From the IMG/VR virus record IMGVR_UViG_3300021168_000013: 64,000 bases of DNA. One strand, written 5' to 3'. The DNA comes from a virus. A program made the translations under genes and the position numbers. Below, one piece after another: positions 18,683-29,400 of this stretch; position 1 is the stretch's first letter; the number at the start of each line of letters is the position of its first letter. A model generated the notes under the pieces. The model saw only the letters and a program-made list of their open reading frames with translations. It did not search any database and was not told the DNA's origin.

Positions 18683-19503
18683 GAAAATTGAAAATTAAGA
18701 CACGAAAACAATCTTCCAAACCAAAAAATACAAAAAAAGAGAAAACGGTACTCGTTTTGGAACCTAAAAAGGTTTCTTCTTCTCCAGTGCTCCCAATTGA
18801 GGCTAAGGTTGAAAAATCTACACCAAAAATGTATTTCACTAAAGATACAGAAGACTCTATTATTACCTATAATAAAGAGATAGATGATTCTATCCGTAAT
18901 GATATTTACAACAATAAAATAAAATACGCGTTTGAGAAATTGGTGGAAAATGTATTTAACACGTTTAAATTTTCATATTTTGATGTTAGTCCTCTGGATA
19001 TGCAAAAAGAAACCGTGTCACATTTAGTATCAAATATTCATAAATTTGAGGCAGGAAAAGGTAAAGCTTTTAGCTATTTCAGTATAGTCGCAAAAAACTA
19101 TTTAATCTTCCATAATAATAACATATATAAACGTAGGAATCAGCATGTGAATATATCAGATACTCCATCGGAATCATCCGTGTGCTTACAAAGTCTAGAT
19201 TCATATCATAAAGACGTGGAATTGGATGAATTTATGGAAATGATGATCCAATATTGGGAAAAGAATGTCGGGAAAGTATTCACTAAAGAAAGAGACTTGA
19301 ATATAGCTAATGCCGTCATAGAACTGTTTAGGAACTATAAGAGAATAGACTGCTTCAATAAAAAGGCATTGTATTTTTATATTAGGGAAATGAGTGATTG
19401 TCGTACCCAACAGATAACAAAAGTCATAAATAAATTCAAATATCATCAAGATAATATCACTCGCCTATATCAAGAACATGGTACATTTTCATCAAAAATC
19501 TGA
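18679..19503 (+). CDS. Phage RNA polymerase sigma-factor-like protein (T4 gp55-type late sigma)
   Basis: The region-2-like segment HKFEAGKGKAFSYFSIVAKNYLI and the upstream YFTKDTEDSII resemble gp55-family sigma factors. It has a basic low-complexity N-terminal extension. Confidence 0.65.
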   Translation: MRKLKIKTRKQSSKPKNTKKEKTVLVLEPKKVSSSPVLPIEAKVEKSTPKMYFTKDTEDSIITYNKEIDDSIRNDIYNNKIKYAFEKLVENVFNTFKFSYFDVSPLDMQKETVSHLVSNIHKFEAGKGKAFSYFSIVAKNYLIFHNNNIYKRRNQHVNISDTPSESSVCLQSLDSYHKDVELDEFMEMMIQYWEKNVGKVFTKERDLNIANAVIELFRNYKRIDCFNKKALYFYIREMSDCRTQQITKVINKFKYHQDNITRLYQEHGTFSSKI

Positions 19504-19524
19504 TAAATTTCATATATATTATAT

Positions 19525-19896
19525 ATGGATACAGAATTTGAGTTATATAAAAACAAGAAATTTTCAAGTCTTTTAAAAGATGTTGTTGTTAATAGTGAAC
19601 AAAAAAGAGCACAAATAGACATCTTTGTTAGTGACTTGAGACAGATGATAAAAACTCCTCAAGATGCTATAACAATAGTTCCCTTAATACGTGAATATCT
19701 TGATGTTGGGGTTAAAAACGACGAACAATTAGTAAAATTGGCCGCAATTGTCCAACGTTTAATTGCTGCTACTAATAGTGCCGAAGCAACTACTGGATTT
19801 GGTGGTATAACTGATGAAGAAAGAAAATCTCTAATGGCCGAAGCGGAGAAAATAACAAAGGAAATGAACACTCCACTTGTTAATCTAAATGCGTAA
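19525..19896 (+). CDS. Hypothetical helical protein
   Basis: Clean 123-aa ORF tightly packed between the sigma and spike genes. Confidence 0.7.
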   Translation: MDTEFELYKNKKFSSLLKDVVVNSEQKRAQIDIFVSDLRQMIKTPQDAITIVPLIREYLDVGVKNDEQLVKLAAIVQRLIAATNSAEATTGFGGITDEERKSLMAEAEKITKEMNTPLVNLNA

Positions 19897-19898
19897 AT

Positions 19899-21485
19899 AT
19901 GGCATATTTTGAGAAAAAATCAGGAGTTGGAGGCAATTCTAAATTGAATGATACAGGACTCGGCTCAATCATGGGTAATTCAATGGGAGATTCCGTTGAA
20001 TTTTATGAAATGGAACCCGGCATTGTATTGGATATTATTCTTGATGAAAATCATCCAGTTTTAAAGAATAAAAAAATAGACGTATCTTCATTTCCTGATA
20101 ATTACGATAATACATCTCCTAGTCCAACCGATGTAGATTATACATGGATAGGTAGGGCATTGGTTAGAATGGTAAATAGTCAACAGGCTATTGCTAAAGA
20201 AAGATTGAATTGGGCACTTCCGCTCGATGTCAGTGGTATTATCGAATATCCTCTTATAAACGAACCTGTTGTGGTTGTTAAATATTTCGGTAATCTATAT
20301 TATACAAAACGCTTAAATCTTAGGAATTTTATAAATAATTGCGGAGATTATAAATTTGAGAAAGTTTATGGAATCAATAATGGTTTAGGCACCTTCGGTC
20401 CTCAATCATTATTAACAAATAAAACCTATATTAACAATGATTACATTGGAAGTCTGGGTTCATACTTTCTAAGTAACAATTTTATACGTCGTTTAAAGAA
20501 ATATGAAGGAGACACCACCATTGAGAGTAGGTTCGGGCAATCTATACGATTTGGTGCATACGATGATAACAGACAAAACGATAAGGGTGATAACGCAAAT
20601 TACATTGGAGATACCACATTAAATCCACCCAGTGTGGGTGGTGGAAATCCCATGATTCTTATCAGAAACAGACAGCGTCTGATAGCATCCAATTCAGCCC
20701 AACAGCAATATCCAAAATTGCCCCCAATTCCACCAATAACAAATTCCGAGAAAAATGTAGGAGGATTGATAAATGAAGATATAAATAATGACGGGAGTTC
20801 TATACATATGACTTCGGGTTTAACGGTGTCAAAATGGCAACCAACTGTGTATAAATCGATGTTTGGTGTTAGCGAAGAACAGTCAGCATTTAATGGATCA
20901 AGTACCTTTCAATACCCGATTTTAGATGGTGATCAGATTATTATAAACTCAGATAGATTGATATTGAGTTCCAGATTCGGTGAGACTTTTCATTATAGTA
21001 AGAAGAGATATGGAGTTGTTACTGATAGTGAAATTACCATGGATGCACAGGATCAGATAGTTATCACCACGAATAATAAGACCGTCATAAACAGTCCAGA
21101 AATATATCTTGGCCAATATGATCAGACCAGTGAACCTGTATTATTAGGACAAACCACTGTAAATTGGATGTTTCAATTATGTGGATGGTTACTTGCACAT
21201 ACTCATTTGTATAATCACACCCATCCAGATGCTCAGGGTGGTGACACAGGTAATTCAAATGCAAATATAACACAAATGAGTATTGAACAACAGCAGTTAA
21301 TAGCATTACAAACTCAATTAAATGAGCTATTAAGTAGACGAGTTTTTGTTACAGGTGGAGGTTTCGCTCCCGGAGCTAACGGTGGGACACCGAGTGGATA
21401 TGACGGAACTGGACAAGCAACTACTATAAACGTGGTAAGTGGAGAAGGGGTTAGTGGAGGATTTTCAGGAACTAACTACAAATAA
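19899..21485 (+). CDS. Baseplate hub/central spike (T4 gp5-like, no lysozyme domain seen)
   Basis: EGDTTIESRFGQSIRFG motif, beta-strand repeats (QIIINSDRLILSS), EPVLLG and a His-rich tip (HTHLYNHTHP). It lies upstream of gp25 and gp6. Confidence 0.7.
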   Translation: MAYFEKKSGVGGNSKLNDTGLGSIMGNSMGDSVEFYEMEPGIVLDIILDENHPVLKNKKIDVSSFPDNYDNTSPSPTDVDYTWIGRALVRMVNSQQAIAKERLNWALPLDVSGIIEYPLINEPVVVVKYFGNLYYTKRLNLRNFINNCGDYKFEKVYGINNGLGTFGPQSLLTNKTYINNDYIGSLGSYFLSNNFIRRLKKYEGDTTIESRFGQSIRFGAYDDNRQNDKGDNANYIGDTTLNPPSVGGGNPMILIRNRQRLIASNSAQQQYPKLPPIPPITNSEKNVGGLINEDINNDGSSIHMTSGLTVSKWQPTVYKSMFGVSEEQSAFNGSSTFQYPILDGDQIIINSDRLILSSRFGETFHYSKKRYGVVTDSEITMDAQDQIVITTNNKTVINSPEIYLGQYDQTSEPVLLGQTTVNWMFQLCGWLLAHTHLYNHTHPDAQGGDTGNSNANITQMSIEQQQLIALQTQLNELLSRRVFVTGGGFAPGANGGTPSGYDGTGQATTINVVSGEGVSGGFSGTNYK

Positions 21486-21524
21486 AACTAAATAATACTC
21501 GATTTATTTAATAATTATAGATAT

Positions 21525-22055
21525 ATGAACTCACAAGATTTAAAGAATATAATAAAGACCATAGTTCAAGAGGAAGTGAAAAAACAACTTCCTTCTATGA
21601 TAACACAAGTACTTTCAGAAGCATTAACTGGTAATAAATCACCAGTTGTAAAACGACAAGTTATTTCGACTCCTCCTGTTGTGGCTAAACCAAAAGAACA
21701 AAAACAGTATGTTAAAAACCCTCTTTTAAATGAGATTTTGAATAATACAACGGTGAAAATTAAACAAGAAAATACACCGTTTGTCGGGTATTCTGAGACA
21801 TTTGCACCCGGTAGTTCAGAAGATATTAATATAATTGATAATAATCAATCAGAAGAAGAGAATATTGATTATGGTTCATTAAATGAATCGCATGTAAATC
21901 AGATTCCCGTGGTATCAAACATTACACCTACCACACAGGAACAGGCAAAGGTTTTAAGTAAGATAAATAGAGATTTTAGGTCTATAATGAAGACGGTGGA
22001 TGAAAAAAGGAAAAATGGGGGATTTAGCAGTGGAGCCGTATCATTGGAGCAATAA
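21525..22055 (+). CDS. Hypothetical virion protein
   Basis: N-terminus LKNIIKTIVQEEV resembles those of the other late/head proteins in this window. Confidence 0.65.
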   Translation: MNSQDLKNIIKTIVQEEVKKQLPSMITQVLSEALTGNKSPVVKRQVISTPPVVAKPKEQKQYVKNPLLNEILNNTTVKIKQENTPFVGYSETFAPGSSEDINIIDNNQSEEENIDYGSLNESHVNQIPVVSNITPTTQEQAKVLSKINRDFRSIMKTVDEKRKNGGFSSGAVSLEQ

Positions 22056-22058
22056 TTT

Positions 22059-22490
22059 ATGTTGCCTCTTATCAATCCATCATCCAATACAACACCCTAT
22101 CCAATTGGATTAAGTATTCCAATTCAACGTGGTAGTGCTGGATATTTTGATCAGACATATGATACAGTATCACAAACAAAGATGAATATAATGAATTTAT
22201 TGAATACTGTAAGAGGGGAACGACGATTTCAACCACTTTTTGGAAGTGGTTTACAGAGTGCGTTATTTGAGCAGAATTTATCAAATTCTCCCGATGTGCT
22301 AAAGCAAATAATAACGGATGATATAAACACATGGATTCCTAATGTGGTTATTACTGATATTGAGTTTAATTTACAGGGAACTGACAGCAATACATTAATA
22401 GATAACTACATAGTATATATAAAGATACTGTTTACCGTGAACAATGTGAAAGACAGTATCAATTTAGTATTGCAACAAAACGGTATTTAA
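22059..22490 (+). CDS. gp25: Baseplate wedge protein, GPW/gp25 family
   Basis: NIMNLLNTVRGERRFQPLFGSGLQSALFE...IITDDINTWIPNVVITDI is the gp25 signature. Confidence 0.9.
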   Translation: MLPLINPSSNTTPYPIGLSIPIQRGSAGYFDQTYDTVSQTKMNIMNLLNTVRGERRFQPLFGSGLQSALFEQNLSNSPDVLKQIITDDINTWIPNVVITDIEFNLQGTDSNTLIDNYIVYIKILFTVNNVKDSINLVLQQNGI

Positions 22491-22493
22491 TTT

Positions 22494-24470
22494 ATGGCAA
22501 ACAAAACGTCTAAAAATTTTAATAATGTAACACAGCGTGACATCCAATATCTCAATAGAGATTTCGGTTCTCTGAAGAATCAATTAATTAGTTACGCCCA
22601 GACCTATTTTCCTAAAACTTATCAAGATTTTAGTACTTCCTCGCCCGGCACTATGTACATAGAAATGGCAGCATATGTTGGTGATGTGTTGTCATATTAT
22701 ACAGATTATCAATTCAAAGAGAGTTTGATGCCATATGCCCAAGAACGTCAGAATGTTATTGCTTTGGCTAAATTCTTGGGGTACACACCATCGGTATCCA
22801 AAGCATCCACGGCTACATTGGACATTTATCAATTAGCACCTGCCGCACAAGATTCTTCTGGTAATTATGTTCCGGACACGAATTATTGTTTAAGTATTCG
22901 TGAGTATATGCAAGTAAAGAACTCATCTGGAGTGAGCTATATTACGACAAATCCAATAGATTTTTCCGTAAATACGGCACTTGATCCAAGAGATGATGCG
23001 GTATACACCAGAGATAACTATGGTATCCCTCAATTTTTCTTATTACATAAAACTGTCAACGTATTGGCCGGAGCCATAGTGTCGAGAACTTTCCCCATAG
23101 GAAGTCCAGTCCCATTTTATCAATTAACTCTACCCGAAAACAATGTATTAAATATACTATCCGTTGCTGATTCTGATAATAATCAATGGTATAAAGTAGA
23201 TTATTTGGGTCAAGATTTGATATTTACCAACGTAGATAATACTCAGACTAATGACGGACAATATTATGTATATCAATCAGAAGTTCCTAAATTAATTAAG
23301 AGCCTAAGAACAAATAGGAAATTTACGGTCAATGTTACTGCGGATAATTCCACGTTTTTGGAATTTGGACCAAATGCTGATTCTATATCGGATGAGATCG
23401 TATTTCCAAGTGCTCAATTAATCGGGGTTGGTTTGAACAACATATCCACATTGGGATTGTCACTCGATTCATCCACATTCCTTCAATCTAACACTTATGG
23501 ACAGGCACCAGCTAATACAACATTAACGGTGACATATATTGTTGGGGGTGGATTATTATCAAATTGCCCAGTAGGAGATATAAACTCAATTTTCTCCGTA
23601 CAATATAATAACAATCTATCAACATTAAATCCCTCGCAGTTATCGCTATTACAAACAGTTAAAAACTCATTAAAAGTATCAAATCCATCGCCAGCCACAG
23701 GCGGAGCCGATCAAGAGAGTGTGGAACAGATTAGACAGAATGCGTTAATGAATTTCACATCTCAGAACAGAATGGTGACAGAGGATGATTATATCGTCAG
23801 AGTATATAGTATGTCTCCGATTTATGGATCAATATCAAAAGTAACGGTAAAATCTGATAAAAACTTAACGGTCAATAATATCGCCAGTGGATATCTTGAT
23901 TATAACGATGTTGCTACACTGACTCAAAATGCTCAAAGTAATTACTACCGAAGGGTAAATTATGATAATTCAGACCCATTTGGTATAAATTTATATATAT
24001 TAGGTTATGATCAGAATAAGAACCTTACCACCATAAATGATGCAATCGTTCAAAATTTAAGAACATATCTAACTAAATATAAGATGTTAAACGATGGCAT
24101 CAACATCATAGATGGTTATATTATCAATATTGGTGTAAATTTCCAAATTATGGTCTATTCCAATTATAATAAACAAGATGTGTTAAATAGCTGTTTAGCG
24201 GTTGTTCAAGACTTCTTTGACATAGATAAGTGGTATTTTGATATGCCTATCAATTTAGGTCAACTTCAGCTATCTATTGCCCAAGTTAATGGTGTTCAAG
24301 CCGTAACTCAATTAAGTATAAATAATCTCACTGTAAATGACGGAAATTATTCTCCATACGAATATAATATCCAACAAGCTACAGTTAACAATATTATATA
24401 TCCGAGTCTCGATCCATCTGTTTTTGAGGTTAAATATCCTAACGAAGATATAAAATGCAGTTGTGTATAA
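22494..24470 (+). CDS. gp6: Baseplate wedge subunit (gp6/baseplate J-like)
   Basis: YLNRDFGSLKNQLI...YIEMAAYVGDVLSYYTD...ATGGADQESVEQIRQNA...QNRMVTEDDY. It follows gp25. Confidence 0.9.
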   Translation: MANKTSKNFNNVTQRDIQYLNRDFGSLKNQLISYAQTYFPKTYQDFSTSSPGTMYIEMAAYVGDVLSYYTDYQFKESLMPYAQERQNVIALAKFLGYTPSVSKASTATLDIYQLAPAAQDSSGNYVPDTNYCLSIREYMQVKNSSGVSYITTNPIDFSVNTALDPRDDAVYTRDNYGIPQFFLLHKTVNVLAGAIVSRTFPIGSPVPFYQLTLPENNVLNILSVADSDNNQWYKVDYLGQDLIFTNVDNTQTNDGQYYVYQSEVPKLIKSLRTNRKFTVNVTADNSTFLEFGPNADSISDEIVFPSAQLIGVGLNNISTLGLSLDSSTFLQSNTYGQAPANTTLTVTYIVGGGLLSNCPVGDINSIFSVQYNNNLSTLNPSQLSLLQTVKNSLKVSNPSPATGGADQESVEQIRQNALMNFTSQNRMVTEDDYIVRVYSMSPIYGSISKVTVKSDKNLTVNNIASGYLDYNDVATLTQNAQSNYYRRVNYDNSDPFGINLYILGYDQNKNLTTINDAIVQNLRTYLTKYKMLNDGINIIDGYIINIGVNFQIMVYSNYNKQDVLNSCLAVVQDFFDIDKWYFDMPINLGQLQLSIAQVNGVQAVTQLSINNLTVNDGNYSPYEYNIQQATVNNIIYPSLDPSVFEVKYPNEDIKCSCV

Positions 24471-24534
24471 TATGGTTGTTTTACATTTTAGTGGATAATT
24501 TGAAGTAAACCACTTTTTATTACGCGTTCTTAGA

Positions 24535-24542
24535 TATTTATA
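24535..24542 (+). promoter_or_regulatory. Candidate late promoter TATTTATA
   Basis: Ends 10 nt before ATG 24553. Confidence 0.6.
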
Positions 24543-24552
24543 TCATAACGAT

Positions 24553-25986
24553 ATGCATACTTTTATTTATCCAAGTCAAGATACCTACATAACTAACGAA
24601 AGTGGTTATGATGGAAACAATTTTAGTTTAGATTCTACATTAGAAATCAAGGCAGTCAATACATCCATCCAGACCGAGATATTATATATTACACAGAGCG
24701 TATCGGGATCAACCGCATGTGATATCAATTTATACAGTTTTTCTGGTTCTTTTTATGGAAATTTGAATGGGTATATGCCAAGTTCACAGGTATTTGTCAC
24801 AGGAAGCGGAAATTTCATAACTAATAATTTCTCTGGTACGATTATATCCAGTTCTGTTATTAATTATAGTGGATCGGTTAGCGGATCATTCTCAGGAACA
24901 GTTACTGGATCATTCAGTGGTTCCGTTTTATACGTTCCAAATAAAACCTCTTACATGAGCGGAAGCATAATCAACTTTACTGGAGACATATCATCCGGAA
25001 GCATTTATAGTGGGTTTGGGGGGATATATAGCCCATACATAGGATATGTTACAGATTCTGTAATATCTAGAACACTAATGCAATTTGATGTGTCCATCAT
25101 ATCACAATCAATATCAAATGGAAATATAAGTAATACTGGTTCGTTGGGGTATTTTTTAACACTGAAAAATGCTCAAGCAAATGAAGTACCGATATCCTAC
25201 ACAATATTTGCATACCCACTAACTACTCCATGGTATTCAGGGGACGGTAGATATCAATTGGGTGGGTCCAATAATGGCGTTAGCTGGGATTTCACCAATT
25301 ATTATAGTGGAAGTCAATGGACTAATCTCGGCGGAGATTTTGTGACATCTAGTCAATATTCCTCGTTTCAAGTGTTCAATAATACAAATTCCGATATTAA
25401 AATGAATATTGGTAAGATTGCCAATGCTTGGATAAGTGGCAGTTTACCAAATTATGGTTTGATATTGATTACATCATTGGAGACTTCTAGCATGGTATCA
25501 AATAACAAATTGAAATTTTTTGGTACACACACAAACACAATATATTCTCCATATTTAGATGTTAGTTGGAATGATAGTATATATAACACTGGTAGCTTGT
25601 TGCCAGCAATGTATCCGTATAGTGTTGTTTTACAGAATCTTAAGGCTCAATATAAATTTGGTAGTGTTCCTCGAATTGATGTATATTCTTCCCCTGTCAA
25701 TCCATTGAAGAATTTCAATAAAGCTACACAGACTAGTTATTATATAACCTCAAGTTTCTTGCCAGCTCCAGCATATTACATGGTTAAAGATAAAGAGAGC
25801 GAAGAGGTATTAATTAATTTCGATCAAGGAACTATTCTTAGTTGTGATGGCAATATAAACTATTTCATGATGGATACATCAGGTCTTCCACAGGAGAGAT
25901 ATTATAAAATACTAATTAAAACTACCGATTCTTCTGGTGCAGTGAACATATTTGATAATAATAATATATTTAAAGTAGTAAGATGA
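24553..25986 (+). CDS. Baseplate-associated protein with DNRLRE (disaggregatase-related)-like domain
   Basis: YPSQDTYI...SRTLMQFDVS...NYGLILI...LKFFG...YSPYLDVSW pattern, interrupted by a Ser/Gly-rich insertion. Confidence 0.55.
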   Translation: MHTFIYPSQDTYITNESGYDGNNFSLDSTLEIKAVNTSIQTEILYITQSVSGSTACDINLYSFSGSFYGNLNGYMPSSQVFVTGSGNFITNNFSGTIISSSVINYSGSVSGSFSGTVTGSFSGSVLYVPNKTSYMSGSIINFTGDISSGSIYSGFGGIYSPYIGYVTDSVISRTLMQFDVSIISQSISNGNISNTGSLGYFLTLKNAQANEVPISYTIFAYPLTTPWYSGDGRYQLGGSNNGVSWDFTNYYSGSQWTNLGGDFVTSSQYSSFQVFNNTNSDIKMNIGKIANAWISGSLPNYGLILITSLETSSMVSNNKLKFFGTHTNTIYSPYLDVSWNDSIYNTGSLLPAMYPYSVVLQNLKAQYKFGSVPRIDVYSSPVNPLKNFNKATQTSYYITSSFLPAPAYYMVKDKESEEVLINFDQGTILSCDGNINYFMMDTSGLPQERYYKILIKTTDSSGAVNIFDNNNIFKVVR

Positions 25987-26432
25987 GTGATTTAAGCAAT
26001 TACATTAATAGTTTTGTTACCACTGGAATATTCAGTAATAACTTGGATGGCATGGGAAATGTCGTTTTAAGTATTAGTGGAAGCGTGGCATCACAATCAT
26101 TTATGGCGTACGGATTGTCAAATAATGAATATAATGATACATCCATATCAAAATTGTATTCAGTAAACATAGCTACTACAACATCAAGTATATCACAATC
26201 CACGACATCATCCAATCAACTACAGAGTTCATATAATCAAGTTGTGGCACAAAATCAATCATTGACTCAACAATTGAATAGTTTGGTAAAGGTTGCGGAC
26301 TCAAATACTAATAACGTACAAGTTCTTGCTGATAAGAACTTAATAATTCAATTAAGAATACAGTTGGGACAGGGAAACAGCACTACGGATTTCAATCCTA
26401 TATTTCCATATACTCCTGTAACACCAGCATAA
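25983..26432 (+). CDS. Hypothetical baseplate-region protein
   Basis: ATGA overlap with the upstream gene. Short coiled coil near the C-terminus. Confidence 0.65.
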   Translation: MSDLSNYINSFVTTGIFSNNLDGMGNVVLSISGSVASQSFMAYGLSNNEYNDTSISKLYSVNIATTTSSISQSTTSSNQLQSSYNQVVAQNQSLTQQLNSLVKVADSNTNNVQVLADKNLIIQLRIQLGQGNSTTDFNPIFPYTPVTPA

Positions 26433-26433
26433 T

Positions 26434-29400
26434 ATGTCATTCCCATTTCTAACAATATCATCTGACACGGATAATTTGAACACTGGATCATATTTTGATT
26501 CCACCGATCTTTCAACATTTTATGTTAGCCAATCAACTGACAATTTCTTCGGCTCATCATATGAAGATTTTATAGAGTTCTCAGTTTTTGATATAAGTGG
26601 AAACCAAATAAATTGGAACATACTTAAGAAAACTGATACTTATAACATAGTTTCCTCTAATTATATCGATGTCACTGGTAGTAATTTAAGCTACAACTAT
26701 CCACGATATAATTCTAGTTATGCAATTGCATCCAATCGAGAAATATTGTTAAATACTGTAAATGATTTAACGAATGTTGGGATACAGACCGGTAACCAAA
26801 TTGTTTCATATAATTTCCTAAGAAATGTTGCCGGTGATAGTAACAATTTATTGGTGATAAAATCCATATCTACTGATAGAACCGAAATACAATTGATACC
26901 AACATTTGTATTCGATGCAACTAATCCTCAAAGTATATTGATAAATAACTGGTATGATGGTTTTTGCCAAAAGAAAACAATGGTTAACGATATCATCAAT
27001 TTATTGATTTCAGCCCTAGATAATTTCAATATAAATGACGGATACAACACATTAATTAAATCTAATCCACAAGTATTGAATTCGTTTAAAACTATATTTG
27101 GATTATCATCTAATTCGGATATTATCAATTTTTTAAATGGTATATACAATGGGTACAATATTTCATACAAGAATTCATCGGGAATTATTGTATCAAAAAC
27201 CTATTTGGGAATAAAGTCCTACATAACTAACTGGTTGCACACGTATTATGCTGATATTGTGTCAGAAGAAGAACTTCACGCACAATTTCAATTCATTGTG
27301 GATACATCAGTCAATACGGCTCTAATTGCGCGTAATTATAATTATGGAAATTTAGATTCCAGTGGATCGGTTGCAAATTTTATAGATAATATATTCTTCA
27401 ATAATTTCCTATCACCTGAACTTGAGGTTATATTCAATCAATATACCGATAAGTTTTATTCCTATTTAAAAAATGCATTAAATTTTGGTAACAATGTTGT
27501 ATTACCTATAATTGACCATACTTACACATTGGATGACAACAATGACATAATATTAGTTGCTAAATTATTCAGTCCATTGGGTGAATCTATTAGTCCACGA
27601 AATACTTGTTGGGTGTCTAATATATCAATTGCTCCGCTTATTCAGAAAGTAATATTAACCCAACCATCAAATGTAGTCAAGTATAAAATTGCTGGCCCAA
27701 ATTTCAACGCAAATCCAAAAATAAAAACTAAACCGATAACGAAGACGGTAGATTACACAAACCAGAATCAATTAAATAGTTCCAATTTACAGAATCAAAT
27801 AGAGTTTAATAAGAAATTACAAGCACTGAGTGTGGATTATTCTAGTTTCAGTAATTTTGTATTATTTTCGTCCGCTCAATTACGAATCAAATTATTCGTG
27901 AATAAAGTTAACCAATTAAATTCGCTAACATCATCTCTTAATAATGTACAGATAAGTGCATCGTCCGAAAATTATTCTGTAAGTTCCTCATTTTCATACG
28001 ATACAACGTCATTGACTGAGAAAATTGATGCCATATACAAATCATTTGATGGATTTGAGTCGTACTTATACACCAATCAATACTTGATTAGTGGATCAAA
28101 TTATCAAAATTATATAAGAGGTGCCATCGATTACGATTTCAATAACAGAGACGCGTTTGTAAATAATACTCCTGAATTCATAAAGAGCAATGATGACAAT
28201 TCAGATTATTTGGTGTTCTTGTCGATGGTGGGGCATTTCTTTGATAATATTTATTTATACATTCAAAATTTCCCAACAACTCAGTATTTGAGCAACTCAA
28301 ACTCTAATTCCTTTGTTAGTACTATAGCAAATAATTTATTAGAACAATTTGGTTGGAATCCTATTAGTTCGGTGGAAAATGTATCCAGAGAATCTTACTA
28401 TTTAAACAACGCGCAGTATAGTGGCTCCCAAGCAATTAGTGGAGTCAATAAGATGAATATCATATGGAATAGAATATTGAACAATCTACCAATGATATAT
28501 AAGGCGAAAGGAACCGAAGAAAGTGTCAGAATATTGGCCAATATTTATGGTATTCCTTATAGTTTTCTCAATATCAAAGAATTTGGTGGAAACAGTTTGT
28601 CTGATTACGATAATAGCTCATATTTGTTTCAAAGTCGTTATTATTTCACCAGTTATTCAGGAAGCAGTGAATATGTTCAATTGCCATATAATCCGTCAGT
28701 TCAGTCAATGGAGTTTAAATTCTCCTTTGATAGCACACACCAATACAACTGGAATGATGTAATCCAATTAGTGTATAAAGATCAAAATTTTCAAGTGTTC
28801 GTGACGAAGGCTTATCAAGATTACATGGGTATATTGTCTTTCAGTTTCTATGATCAGACTATATCTACACAACCTCTTCCTTTATTTAATGGGGACGTGT
28901 TCAATGTGCTCATTCAACAACGGGATGTAACTTCAGAATTTGATGTGGTATATACTAATGTCATTCCATCAATATACAGTTTACAGGTTAATAGTGTTGA
29001 GAATGATAGAGTTATATTTCAAAGTTCGAATGAATTGTTATTAGGAAGCCAATATATTGGATATTTTACATCCAGTAATTCAGTTTGTTTCGGAAATACT
29101 CCCTATGGAAATAACAATTTCTTTGGTAATCTCGATAAAATAAACATATGGAATTACCAGTTGTCTCAAAGTGCATTTATAGATCATTGCAAGAATTTCG
29201 ATGCATATGATGATTATGATCCTACCAATACTTACACCCATTTATATTTCAGATACAGTTTTGAGTATCCGATTAATTTAGCATCGGCAAGTATGGTTAG
29301 TGTTCCAAATGCTATAGGATATAACGGATTGACTGGTAGTGCTTATAATTTTCCATATAATACACTGGCATATGTGTCATCTAGTTGTTTATATGTCCCC

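Noticed and set aside
24488-24520. Possible terminator AGTGG...CCACT plus T tract after gp6
   Set aside because: The stem is only about 5 bp with a long loop, too weak to call.
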